Assembly (NCBI GenBank): GCA_045047115.1
Contig: JASFYR010000041.1
Location: 1-39,431, forward strand
Direction of reading: 5' to 3'
Source: Sulfurospirillum sp.
GTDB lineage: Bacteria; Campylobacterota; Campylobacteria; Campylobacterales; Sulfurospirillaceae
DNA length: 39,431 nt
A program made the translations under genes and the position numbers. Each line of letters starts with the position of its first letter. Positions within the stretch are counted from its first letter, which is position 1. Below the pieces are notes generated by a model. The model had not been told where the DNA came from. It ran no database searches and worked only from the letters and a program-made list of their open reading frames with translations. This document shows, one piece after another, positions 8,948-16,983 of this stretch.

Positions 8948-8971
8948 ATGTAGAATAATATTATTCTACAT
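8948..8971. repeat. Perfect 24-bp palindrome
   Basis: ATGTAGAATAATATTATTCTACAT equals its own reverse complement. Confidence 0.9.
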
Positions 8972-8984
8972 ATTCCCATAAAAT

Positions 8985-9150
8985 AACTCACTTCAATCTC
9001 CATATCACGACCAAGAGCCTCATAGTCAAAATATCCTTGTAAACTCTCAGACATATTTTGTAAAGCTCCAGACTCTTCAATGTACTTATAAGTGATATCT
9101 TCCATTTTAACGATATTATCAAGATTTTCAATTGCTTCATCTATAGTGCT
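8985..9150 (-). pseudogene. ardA: Antirestriction protein ArdA C-terminal remnant
   Basis: In-frame STIDEAIENLDNIVKMEDITYKYIEESGALQNMSESLQGYFDYEALGRDMEIE. YFDYEALGRD is the ArdA C-terminal hallmark. An in-frame stop lies near 9190 and the N-terminal domains are absent. Boundaries are approximate. Confidence 0.75.
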
Positions 9151-9330
9151 TATAATATGAATAAGTATTACAATTTGATACCATATACATTATAACATTA
9201 TAATAATTCAGTTGTCATTAATCATATTCTTATTATAATAGTATAAATATAAAGCTTTAGTAGAGCGTGAATTGGGTGGGGGCTTTGCTCCTACTCAAGA
9301 TGACAGTTAGTAAAATATGAAGGAGACAAT

Positions 9331-11205
9331 ATGAGAACTAACCAAAAAGTACTTTTTGTAGATGCTGCGACATCTTTTTACAGAGTAAATCGTTATGAAT
9401 TGGGTGAATTTTTTGGGCCGGTTGATTTAGGTCTTCATTTAGCAGGAAAATTTAAGAGTTTAAATATAGGCACTGGTGTTTTGGCAGGTTCTATTTTTCC
9501 AGGTTCAAACCGTTTGGTTTTTACAGGATTTTCTCCGGCATGGGGAGGGTTTTATATATCCTCCATGGGTGGAGCAGGATTGGTTTTTAACAATCTTGGC
9601 ATAAATATGCTCTCTATCGTAGGAAAGGCTTCGACACCGTCAATTCTCTGCTTAAATAGAAAAGAGGGTGGCGAGATTCAAGTTCGGATTCATCCTGTTG
9701 ACATAGAAAAAGTTTGGCATGAGGGAAGAGGAGGTATTTACTCTTTAATGGAGTATGCACTGGAGAATTTTGGTCATAGATATAGTACCAATCCCCGTAT
9801 TCTAGCTACCGGACCTGCTTCGGCACATACGGATTTTGGATCTATATGTTCTGCTCCTGTGAAAAAAGGAGGGGTTACATTTGTAGATACATGGGCAGGA
9901 AGAGGAGGTTTTGGTACTAAAATGTTCAAAGAGCACGGAATTGCCGGAATCATATACGGTGGAACATTTTTGGATGATGATTTTAGAGATAGAAAAGTGG
10001 CAGATAAGTGGTTCTATGATAAATATAAAATGAAGCTTTCTACAAAAGATATGGAAGCAACTACAAAGTATCGATTTGACGGCAATTTCGAAACAGGTGG
10101 AACTTTTGGAGTCAATTATGCAAGCCTTGCAGGAAGTATGCTCTCTTTCAACTATAAGAGTATCTACATGAGTGAAGACGAGAGACTTGACATACATAAT
10201 AAATTTGTTATAAATCACTATCTAAAACAGTTCAACGAAGAGACGATTGCTACCAAAAGTTCAAAAAATTGTGGTGAGCCGTGCTCAGCAGTTTGTAAAA
10301 AGATGAATAACAAGTATAAAAAAGATTACGAACCTTATCAGACTATGGGCCCACTTTCGGGTATATTTGACCAAAGAGCTGCTGAAAAACTAAATCATCA
10401 TGCAGATATGTACGGGTTTGATGCCATATCGGTTGGTGGAACAATCTCCTGGCTTATGGAGTGCTTGGTAGATGGCTCACTGACTCCTGAAGAGTTGGGA
10501 GTCAGAGGGATACCGCAATTTAATCCAAAAGAGTTTGATGTTGTAGAGTCTTCAATGCATAATGCAAACATAGGTGTTGCACTGCTTGATTCTATCATTC
10601 AAAAAAGAGGTATCTTGGATTTGAGTGACGGTGCTCGTAAATTTGCACAAGATGTGTCAAGACAAAAGGGTAAGAAAGTTTTAGACTCTTTTGTTTATAC
10701 TGCGTATGCAAGAAAAGGCTGGATGGTGCCAAACCAATACTGGACACCAGGCGCTCTTTCGCCTATGCCTATTATGGGGAAATACTATATGTATTATGGT
10801 CCTGATTTTGTTCCTCCAAGAGAACTTGGAAGGAAGAGTGCGGGGCGATTGAGTGGTGAATTGATACTTGACAATATAGGAATTTGTAGATTTCATAGAA
10901 AATGGGCTGAAGAGATGATGCCTGAAGTCATGGGTTCGCTCTATGATTTGAAAGAGCAGTATCTCTCATCAATAAACAGTACTGCAAATTGGATTGGTGG
11001 TCGTAATTCATCTATATTTTGGGAATCAAACAGGAGTATAGATATGATTTATGAATTTTTAAAAAGAAAGCATACAATAGATGGGAACAATGACTCTGAG
11101 TTGATAAAATGGCTTAATTTTTTCAATAAAGACAAAAAAGAGGCAGCTTTGAGCTTTTGGTATGAGATGCACAAAGGGATACAGGAGACACTAAAAGAGT
11201 TTTAA
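9331..11205 (+). CDS. Aldehyde:ferredoxin oxidoreductase family (W/Mo-pterin), GAPOR-like subfamily
   Basis: AGSIFPGSNRL, SSMGGAG, WAGRGG, TKYRF...TGGTFG, CGEPCSAVCKK, YEPY, GFDAI and DNIGICRFHR match motifs recalled from archaeal glyceraldehyde-3-phosphate:ferredoxin oxidoreductase; AAGGAG RBS. Confidence 0.85.
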   Translation: MRTNQKVLFVDAATSFYRVNRYELGEFFGPVDLGLHLAGKFKSLNIGTGVLAGSIFPGSNRLVFTGFSPAWGGFYISSMGGAGLVFNNLGINMLSIVGKASTPSILCLNRKEGGEIQVRIHPVDIEKVWHEGRGGIYSLMEYALENFGHRYSTNPRILATGPASAHTDFGSICSAPVKKGGVTFVDTWAGRGGFGTKMFKEHGIAGIIYGGTFLDDDFRDRKVADKWFYDKYKMKLSTKDMEATTKYRFDGNFETGGTFGVNYASLAGSMLSFNYKSIYMSEDERLDIHNKFVINHYLKQFNEETIATKSSKNCGEPCSAVCKKMNNKYKKDYEPYQTMGPLSGIFDQRAAEKLNHHADMYGFDAISVGGTISWLMECLVDGSLTPEELGVRGIPQFNPKEFDVVESSMHNANIGVALLDSIIQKRGILDLSDGARKFAQDVSRQKGKKVLDSFVYTAYARKGWMVPNQYWTPGALSPMPIMGKYYMYYGPDFVPPRELGRKSAGRLSGELILDNIGICRFHRKWAEEMMPEVMGSLYDLKEQYLSSINSTANWIGGRNSSIFWESNRSIDMIYEFLKRKHTIDGNNDSELIKWLNFFNKDKKEAALSFWYEMHKGIQETLKEF

Positions 11206-11210
11206 GAGAC

Positions 11211-12083
11211 CTAGTCTATAAAAATTTTATCTAAATTTTTATAGCTATCTATTCTTCTGTCTCTAAAAAATGGCCAGATTTCTCTGGTCGTTTTACTTTT
11301 ATTTAGATCAATATCGCTTATGATAATCTCTTCTTTATCACTATTTGCCCTGGCTAAAAATTCACCCTGAGCGCCAACGACAAAAGAGTTCCCCCAAAAT
11401 CTTATACCATCTATCTGTTTAGAGTTGTCAAACTCTTTTCCGACTCTGTTTACTGCGATGAGTGGAAGATTATTAGCGATAGCATGTCCTCTTTGCACCG
11501 TTATCCAAGCATCCAGTTGCCTTTGTTTTTCATCTTTGCTGTCTTCATCAAACCAGCCGATAGCAGTAGGGTATATGAGAATTTGTGCACCTTTGAGTGC
11601 CATAAGTCTGGCAGCTTCAGGAAACCACTGATCCCAGCAAACCAAAATTCCCAGTTTTCCCAAACTTGTTTGAATTGGCTCAAACCCCAAATCTCCGGGA
11701 GTAAAATAAAATTTTTCATAAAATCCCGGGTCATCCGGAATGTGCATTTTTCTATATTTTCCAGCGATTGAGCCGTCTTTTTCAAAAACAAAAGCTGTAT
11801 TGTGGTAAATGCCGGGAGCTCTTTTTTCAAACAAAGAAGCTACCAAAACAATACTGTTTTTCTTTGCCACTTCTGACCAAAATTTTATATTATTTTTCCA
11901 ATTTTTGGCAAGTTTGAAATTTTTTGTATCTTCATTGATACAAAAATACCTGTTTTGATGCAATTCTTGCAGAACAATTAGCTCTGCATGTAGAGCTTTT
12001 GCATTTTTTATGAGCTCTAAGGTTTTATTTATCGTCTCTGCTTCTGTGCGGTATGATTTTTGTTGTATAAGTGCTGTTTTCAT
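11211..12083 (-). CDS. aguB: N-carbamoylputrescine amidase (carbon-nitrogen hydrolase)
   Basis: LQELH, YRKMHIPDDPGFYEKFYF and VCWDQWFPE give the E-K-C triad. Start placed at MKTALIQQ (12083); the track start is 12110. Confidence 0.88.
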   Translation of the reverse strand: MKTALIQQKSYRTEAETINKTLELIKNAKALHAELIVLQELHQNRYFCINEDTKNFKLAKNWKNNIKFWSEVAKKNSIVLVASLFEKRAPGIYHNTAFVFEKDGSIAGKYRKMHIPDDPGFYEKFYFTPGDLGFEPIQTSLGKLGILVCWDQWFPEAARLMALKGAQILIYPTAIGWFDEDSKDEKQRQLDAWITVQRGHAIANNLPLIAVNRVGKEFDNSKQIDGIRFWGNSFVVGAQGEFLARANSDKEEIIISDIDLNKSKTTREIWPFFRDRRIDSYKNLDKIFID

Positions 12084-12116
12084 AAGTAGAATTATATCAT
12101 AAAATCCCAAAATTAG

Positions 12117-12133
12117 TTGATAATGATTATCAA
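12117..12133. promoter_or_regulatory. Fur box upstream of feoAB
   Basis: TTGATAAT-G-ATTATCAA is a perfect inverted repeat containing the 7-1-7 Fur consensus. Confidence 0.88.
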
Positions 12134-12223
12134 TTTAAGAGCAATTTAATTTAATTTTAGATACTATTCCAACAAGTCTAATGTTACTCCACCGGGTAAT
12201 AATAAATGATATGGGTTAAAATT

Positions 12224-12454
12224 ATGAAAAATATTTCGGATTTGAAAATTGATGAAGAGGCAGAAGTTCTTAAAGTGATAGCAAAAGAGCCTGTAAAGGG
12301 GAGATTGCTATCTATGGGGATAGTAAAGGGTGCTAAAATTAGAGTTATAGCACATACTTTGGCGAGACAGACTTGGGATATATTGAGTGACAATACAAAA
12401 GTAGCTTTAAGAGAAGAAGAAGCGCAAAGCATTCTTGTAGGGGAGATAAAGTGA
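12224..12454 (+). CDS. feoA: Ferrous iron transport protein A
   Basis: RLLSMGIVKG and VALREEEA motifs; overlaps the feoB start. Start at 12224, or alternatively 12206. Confidence 0.9.
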   Translation: MKNISDLKIDEEAEVLKVIAKEPVKGRLLSMGIVKGAKIRVIAHTLARQTWDILSDNTKVALREEEAQSILVGEIK

Positions 12455-14553
12455 AAAAAGAGATAAAAGTAGCAATAGTCGGTCAGCCAAATGTTGGTAA
12501 AAGCTCCATCATAAATGCCCTAAGTGATGCAAGGTTGCATGTAGGTAATTTTAGTGGCGTTACAGTAGAGAAAAAAGAGGTTTATATTCAAAAAAATGAT
12601 TATGACATAAAGATGACGGACTTGCCCGGCATCTATGCTTTTAATGCTTATACCCCGGAAGAACAGGTTGCAAAAGATTTTTTGATAAAAGAAGACTATG
12701 ATTTGATTGTGAATGTCATAGATGCAAATACGCTCTCTAGAAATCTTATCTTTACTCTGCAACTTTTAGACATGCAAAAAAAGATGATTTTAGTGATCAA
12801 TATGGTAGATGAAGTTGAGAAAAAAGGCGGTTCTATCGATAAAAAAAGAATAGAAGAGTTACTGGGAATTCCCGTGATGCTGACTTCTGCAAAACAAAAC
12901 AGAGGTGTTGATGAGATTGTAGAGGAAATTATAAAAACATATAATAACCCAAAAGGCAAAAATAAAATCTATTATAATGAAAAAGTAGAACAGAGAGTTG
13001 AAGATTTAGCAAAGATCCTGCGAAAATCACAACATTTCAGAGATAGGGATTATTCAAGATTTATAGCAATCAGACTGCTTGATCGTGATGAAGATATATA
13101 TAAAACCATACATGATTTGCCTATATTTATAGAGTCTCACAATGCTTTGGAGAAGATGTATAAAGAGCTAGAAGCAGAGTTCGACGAAGATAGTACTACT
13201 GATATATTAGCAAACGAGAGGGTGGCAATAGCACATAATCTTCAGATGGAAGCATTGGAGATTGAAGAGGAAGATGAATCTCTTAGTGAAAAGATAGACA
13301 ATTTTTTAATTCATCCAATTTTAGGACTTCCTATATTTTTATTTTTTATGTGGGCTCTTTTTCAACTTACTTTTGTACTTGGAAATTATCCGATGGATAT
13401 AATCGATACTATATTTAGCGAAACTTCATCTTTCTTGGCTGATCTTTTGCCAAAAGGGGTTTTTAACTCAGTATTGACTGATGGTGTTTTGCCGGCAGTC
13501 GGTGCTATCGTGATGTTTTTGCCAAATATTTTGATACTTTTTTTAGGTTTAAACCTGTTAGAGCAGACAGGCTATATGAGCAGGGCTGCATATCTGATGG
13601 ATGGTTTTATGAAAAAGTTTGGCTTGCAAGGAAAGGCGTTTGTTCCTCTAATCAGTGGGTTTGGCTGTACGGTTCCGGCATATATGGCAGCAAGAACACT
13701 AAAGAATCCAAAAGATAGAATCATAACAATGTTGGTTTTGGGATTTATGAGTTGCGGAGCAAGACTTCCTGTATATGTACTGTTGGTTTCTGCATTTTTT
13801 GCAAATCAAAATCCTGGGAATATACTTTTTATTATATATATAGGCGGCGCACTTTTAGGTTTAATAGTAGCCAAGATTTTAAGAACAGTCCTTTTTAAGG
13901 GTGAGCCTGAGCCTTTTGTTATGGAGATTCCTCCTTACAGATTTCCATCTTTTAAAGCATTGGGTATGGATTTGTGGATTAAAACAAAGATGTTTTTAAA
14001 AAAAGCAGGTACATTTATAGCAATCTCCGCTATGGTGATATGGTTCTTGAGTGCATATCCTGTAAATGATACATTGGTGCAAAAATATAATGCAAAGATA
14101 GAACAAACAAGCAATACACAAGAAAAAGAAAAATTGCAAAATGATCTAAATGCAAAGTTGTTGGAAGATAGTTATTTGGGTAGTGTTGGCAAATTTATAG
14201 AGCCTGTTTTTGCTCCCCTTGGCATGGATTGGAGGCTTAGTGTTGCGGTAGTGGCTGGATTGGCAGCAAAAGAAGTTGTGGTGTCAACTTTAGGCACACT
14301 GTATGCCATGGGTGGTGCAGATGAAACCAGCAAAGGGTTGATCTCTAAAATACGACAAAATGTGGATTTTAAAGCGGCCATTGCTTTGATCATCATTATC
14401 ATGATCTATTCGCCTTGTCTGGCTGCTATGGGGACTTTTTATGCAGAAGTTCCACAATGGGCTTGGAGAACATTTTATACTATATATCCAAATGTAGTAG
14501 CGTGGTTATTAGCTTTTGGAGCATATAAAACACTAGCTTTGATGGGGTATTAA
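12451..14553 (+). CDS. feoB: Ferrous iron transport protein B
   Basis: GQPNVGKS, VGNFSGVTVE, DLPG and NMVD GTPase motifs; membrane gate motifs GFGC, MSCGAR and YSPC. Confidence 0.97.
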   Translation: MKKEIKVAIVGQPNVGKSSIINALSDARLHVGNFSGVTVEKKEVYIQKNDYDIKMTDLPGIYAFNAYTPEEQVAKDFLIKEDYDLIVNVIDANTLSRNLIFTLQLLDMQKKMILVINMVDEVEKKGGSIDKKRIEELLGIPVMLTSAKQNRGVDEIVEEIIKTYNNPKGKNKIYYNEKVEQRVEDLAKILRKSQHFRDRDYSRFIAIRLLDRDEDIYKTIHDLPIFIESHNALEKMYKELEAEFDEDSTTDILANERVAIAHNLQMEALEIEEEDESLSEKIDNFLIHPILGLPIFLFFMWALFQLTFVLGNYPMDIIDTIFSETSSFLADLLPKGVFNSVLTDGVLPAVGAIVMFLPNILILFLGLNLLEQTGYMSRAAYLMDGFMKKFGLQGKAFVPLISGFGCTVPAYMAARTLKNPKDRIITMLVLGFMSCGARLPVYVLLVSAFFANQNPGNILFIIYIGGALLGLIVAKILRTVLFKGEPEPFVMEIPPYRFPSFKALGMDLWIKTKMFLKKAGTFIAISAMVIWFLSAYPVNDTLVQKYNAKIEQTSNTQEKEKLQNDLNAKLLEDSYLGSVGKFIEPVFAPLGMDWRLSVAVVAGLAAKEVVVSTLGTLYAMGGADETSKGLISKIRQNVDFKAAIALIIIIMIYSPCLAAMGTFYAEVPQWAWRTFYTIYPNVVAWLLAFGAYKTLALMGY

Positions 14554-14599
14554 GTGGTTTTGATGTATAATATCAATAAAACTTAATAAGAAGATATAA

Positions 14600-14938
14600 A
14601 TGGTGCAGTTAGATAAGCTGGAAAAAGGCAAAAGAGCTATGATAGAGAGCGTTGATTTGGACATAGAGACAAAAAGACGCTTCTCAAACATGGGTTTGAG
14701 TCCCGGAGTAATTTTGAGAGTTTGCAGAAGAACATTTGGTAGCGACAGCCTACATGTAAAGCTCGAATGTGCTGCCTGTATAGCTCTAAGTAAAAGTGAA
14801 GCCAAACACATCAAGGTTACTCCCATAGGAGGAAAAGGCGGATTGGGCTACTGTTATCGCGGTGGTGGATATAAGCCAAAAGATTATTGCTGCGAAAGAG
14901 AGGATTGCCAATTAAAAGACGAGACCCAATTAAAATAA
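14600..14938 (+). CDS. feoA: Second FeoA-family protein with Cys/Gly-rich C-terminal tail
   Basis: RRFSNMGLSPG and IALSKSEA FeoA core, then GGKGGLGYCYRGGGYKPKDYCCEREDC. Confidence 0.8.
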   Translation: MVQLDKLEKGKRAMIESVDLDIETKRRFSNMGLSPGVILRVCRRTFGSDSLHVKLECAACIALSKSEAKHIKVTPIGGKGGLGYCYRGGGYKPKDYCCEREDCQLKDETQLK

Positions 14939-15054
14939 AAGCTATATTTTTATATTAATATTTCCTGCTTAGACCTTCTTCTAACCTAATTCTTTACCTT
15001 CTGTGGGTACACTCCATTGCGCAGTGGTCTCATCATGGGTGCAAATAGAATATT

Positions 15055-15936
15055 TTATTCGCTATTCATCTCAGAGTCATCATATGGGTCTAAGTGAGTA
15101 TTTATGACCCACTCGTCTTTTTGGTTTAATTCTCTTATTTTATCTTCAACCCGATCAGCTGCACGGTGAGCATCAAAAAGTGATATATCTGTGTCAAAGA
15201 CCAAGTGGACATCTACAAAATTTGTATTGCCTGATTTTCTTGTTTTGAGAAAATGGTAGTCATTTACAGCTTCTTCATTTTTGATTATATCTTTGATGTT
15301 TTGGACTGTCTCTTCATCAAGGGCAGCATCTAAAAGCATATAAACACCATCTTTTATGATTTTATAGGCTGAGTATATGATATATATTGAAATTACCACA
15401 CCCATTATAGAGTCTATAAGATAAAAATTTGTAAGTTGGATTACGACTAGAGATATAAGTATGATTCCATTGCTGAATATATCAGTTTTATAGTGAAGTG
15501 CGTCGGCTTTTATGACCATATTGTCTGTTTTTTTGGCTACAAAATTTAAAAACATCACCAGTGCAATTGTGAGGACAAGTGAGATAACCATCACTATGAC
15601 TGATGGTGTCAGATGCGATACTATTTCACCTTTATATGCTTTTTTGATAGCCTCATAGAATATAAAGATACCGGACATTGTAATGACAGTGCCTTCTATG
15701 ACAGCTGCCAAGGCTTCAACTTTTCCTCTTCCGTAGTTAAACTGTTTGTCTGCCGGTTTTTCTGCTTTGTTGATAGCAAAATAGTTAAATGCGGAGACGA
15801 TTAAATCAAGTATGGAATCGATTGCACTGGCAAGGACTGCAACTGAGCCGCTCAAAATGCCTATGGTTAATTTTATGATTATAAGAATAGCTGCTGTTGA
15901 ACTAGAAACGATTGTTGCTTTTTTCTGTAATGTCAC
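15055..15936 (-). CDS. Cation diffusion facilitator transporter (FieF-like)
   Basis: ASAIDSILD, FNYGRGKVEALA, ADALHYKTD, VDVHL and HLDP motifs. Confidence 0.9.
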   Translation of the reverse strand: MTLQKKATIVSSSTAAILIIIKLTIGILSGSVAVLASAIDSILDLIVSAFNYFAINKAEKPADKQFNYGRGKVEALAAVIEGTVITMSGIFIFYEAIKKAYKGEIVSHLTPSVIVMVISLVLTIALVMFLNFVAKKTDNMVIKADALHYKTDIFSNGIILISLVVIQLTNFYLIDSIMGVVISIYIIYSAYKIIKDGVYMLLDAALDEETVQNIKDIIKNEEAVNDYHFLKTRKSGNTNFVDVHLVFDTDISLFDAHRAADRVEDKIRELNQKDEWVINTHLDPYDDSEMNSE

Positions 15937-15937
15937 T

Positions 15938-16936
15938 TTAAATCCTTATAGTTTGCAAGGTCGGATAATAATTCATACTTGCACAGTGCAGGCTTCCGCG
16001 TTCCCTTATAAATATAGAGGCATCTACACCGATAATATCTTTAGTCGGAAAGAAATCCTGTAAAATTTTGAGAACAATTTTATCATTTTTGTCCTTATAA
16101 GTCGGTACTATCAAGGCGCCGTTTATAAATACAAAATTTAGATAAGTTGCAGGAAGTCTATGGTTGGTAAAAAATTTTGGGCTTGGCAAAGGAAGAGCCA
16201 GGAGATGAAATTTTGTTTTTTTAAGTTCGTCTTCCATCTTTTTAAGTGTTATGTAATGCTCATCAAGAGTATCGTAGCATTTGACATAGGCTATGGTCTC
16301 TTTATCTATAAATCTTGCAAGAGTGTCTATGTGTGAATCAGTATCATCACCTATAAGCGAACCATTTTGCAGGACTATTATTTCATTTATTCCAAAAGTG
16401 TTTTTTATGACATTCAAAATCTGTGCTTTTGATAATTTTGGGTTTCTATTTTGGTTAAATATACAGTTTTGTGTGGTAAGAAGAGTGCCTTTTCCGTTTG
16501 TATCTATGCTACCTCCTTCTAAGACAAAGTTTATATCTACCATTGGATTTTTAAAAAAGTTTAGCTCTTGAAGCTTCCTGTTGAGAAGATTGTCTTTTTT
16601 GTAGTCAAATTTTCCACCCCAAGCATTGAACTTGAAATTTAACAGTTTTAGCTTGTTGTCTTCATAGATACTGATGGCTCCGAAATCCCTTATCCAAGTA
16701 TCATTTGTTTCGATTTGAACTATCTTTATATTTTTGGATTTTGGCATTATTTTTGAGAGTTTAGCTTTGTCTTCACACAAGAGTACACATTTTTGATAAG
16801 GAATAATTGCCTTTATAAGCTCAACATAACTTTTTTGTATATAATATATGCTATGTTCCCAATCGCTTTTGGGACTCGGAAAAACAAGCATTATATACTC
16901 TTGTTTCTCCCATTCTGCTGGCACTCTTATTGGCAA
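15938..16936 (-). CDS. aguA: Agmatine deiminase / peptidylarginine deiminase family
   Basis: PAEWE, DTWIRDFG, LEGGSID, DTDSHID and GSLHCAS motifs; TTG start. Confidence 0.9.
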   Translation of the reverse strand: MPIRVPAEWEKQEYIMLVFPSPKSDWEHSIYYIQKSYVELIKAIIPYQKCVLLCEDKAKLSKIMPKSKNIKIVQIETNDTWIRDFGAISIYEDNKLKLLNFKFNAWGGKFDYKKDNLLNRKLQELNFFKNPMVDINFVLEGGSIDTNGKGTLLTTQNCIFNQNRNPKLSKAQILNVIKNTFGINEIIVLQNGSLIGDDTDSHIDTLARFIDKETIAYVKCYDTLDEHYITLKKMEDELKKTKFHLLALPLPSPKFFTNHRLPATYLNFVFINGALIVPTYKDKNDKIVLKILQDFFPTKDIIGVDASIFIRERGSLHCASMNYYPTLQTIRI

Positions 16937-16941
16937 ATTTA

Positions 16942-16979
16942 ATCCTTTTTTTGATATAGTATTATATCAAAAAAAGGAT
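16942..16979. promoter_or_regulatory. Symmetric divergent promoter/RBS element
   Basis: ATCCTTTTTTTGATATA-GTAT-TATATCAAAAAAAGGAT has 17-bp perfect arms. Each strand carries TGATATA(A/G)T followed by AAGGA. Confidence 0.7.
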
Positions 16980-16983
16980 ATGT

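Noticed and set aside
8869..9105. 78-aa ORF as an intact gene
   Set aside because: Only its first ~40 codons resemble ArdA; the rest runs through the palindrome and helicase promoter, so it is treated as a pseudogene fragment.
14960..15050. SRP RNA
   Set aside because: The conserved SRP domain IV motif (CAGG..GGAA..AGCAG) is not present in a suitable hairpin.
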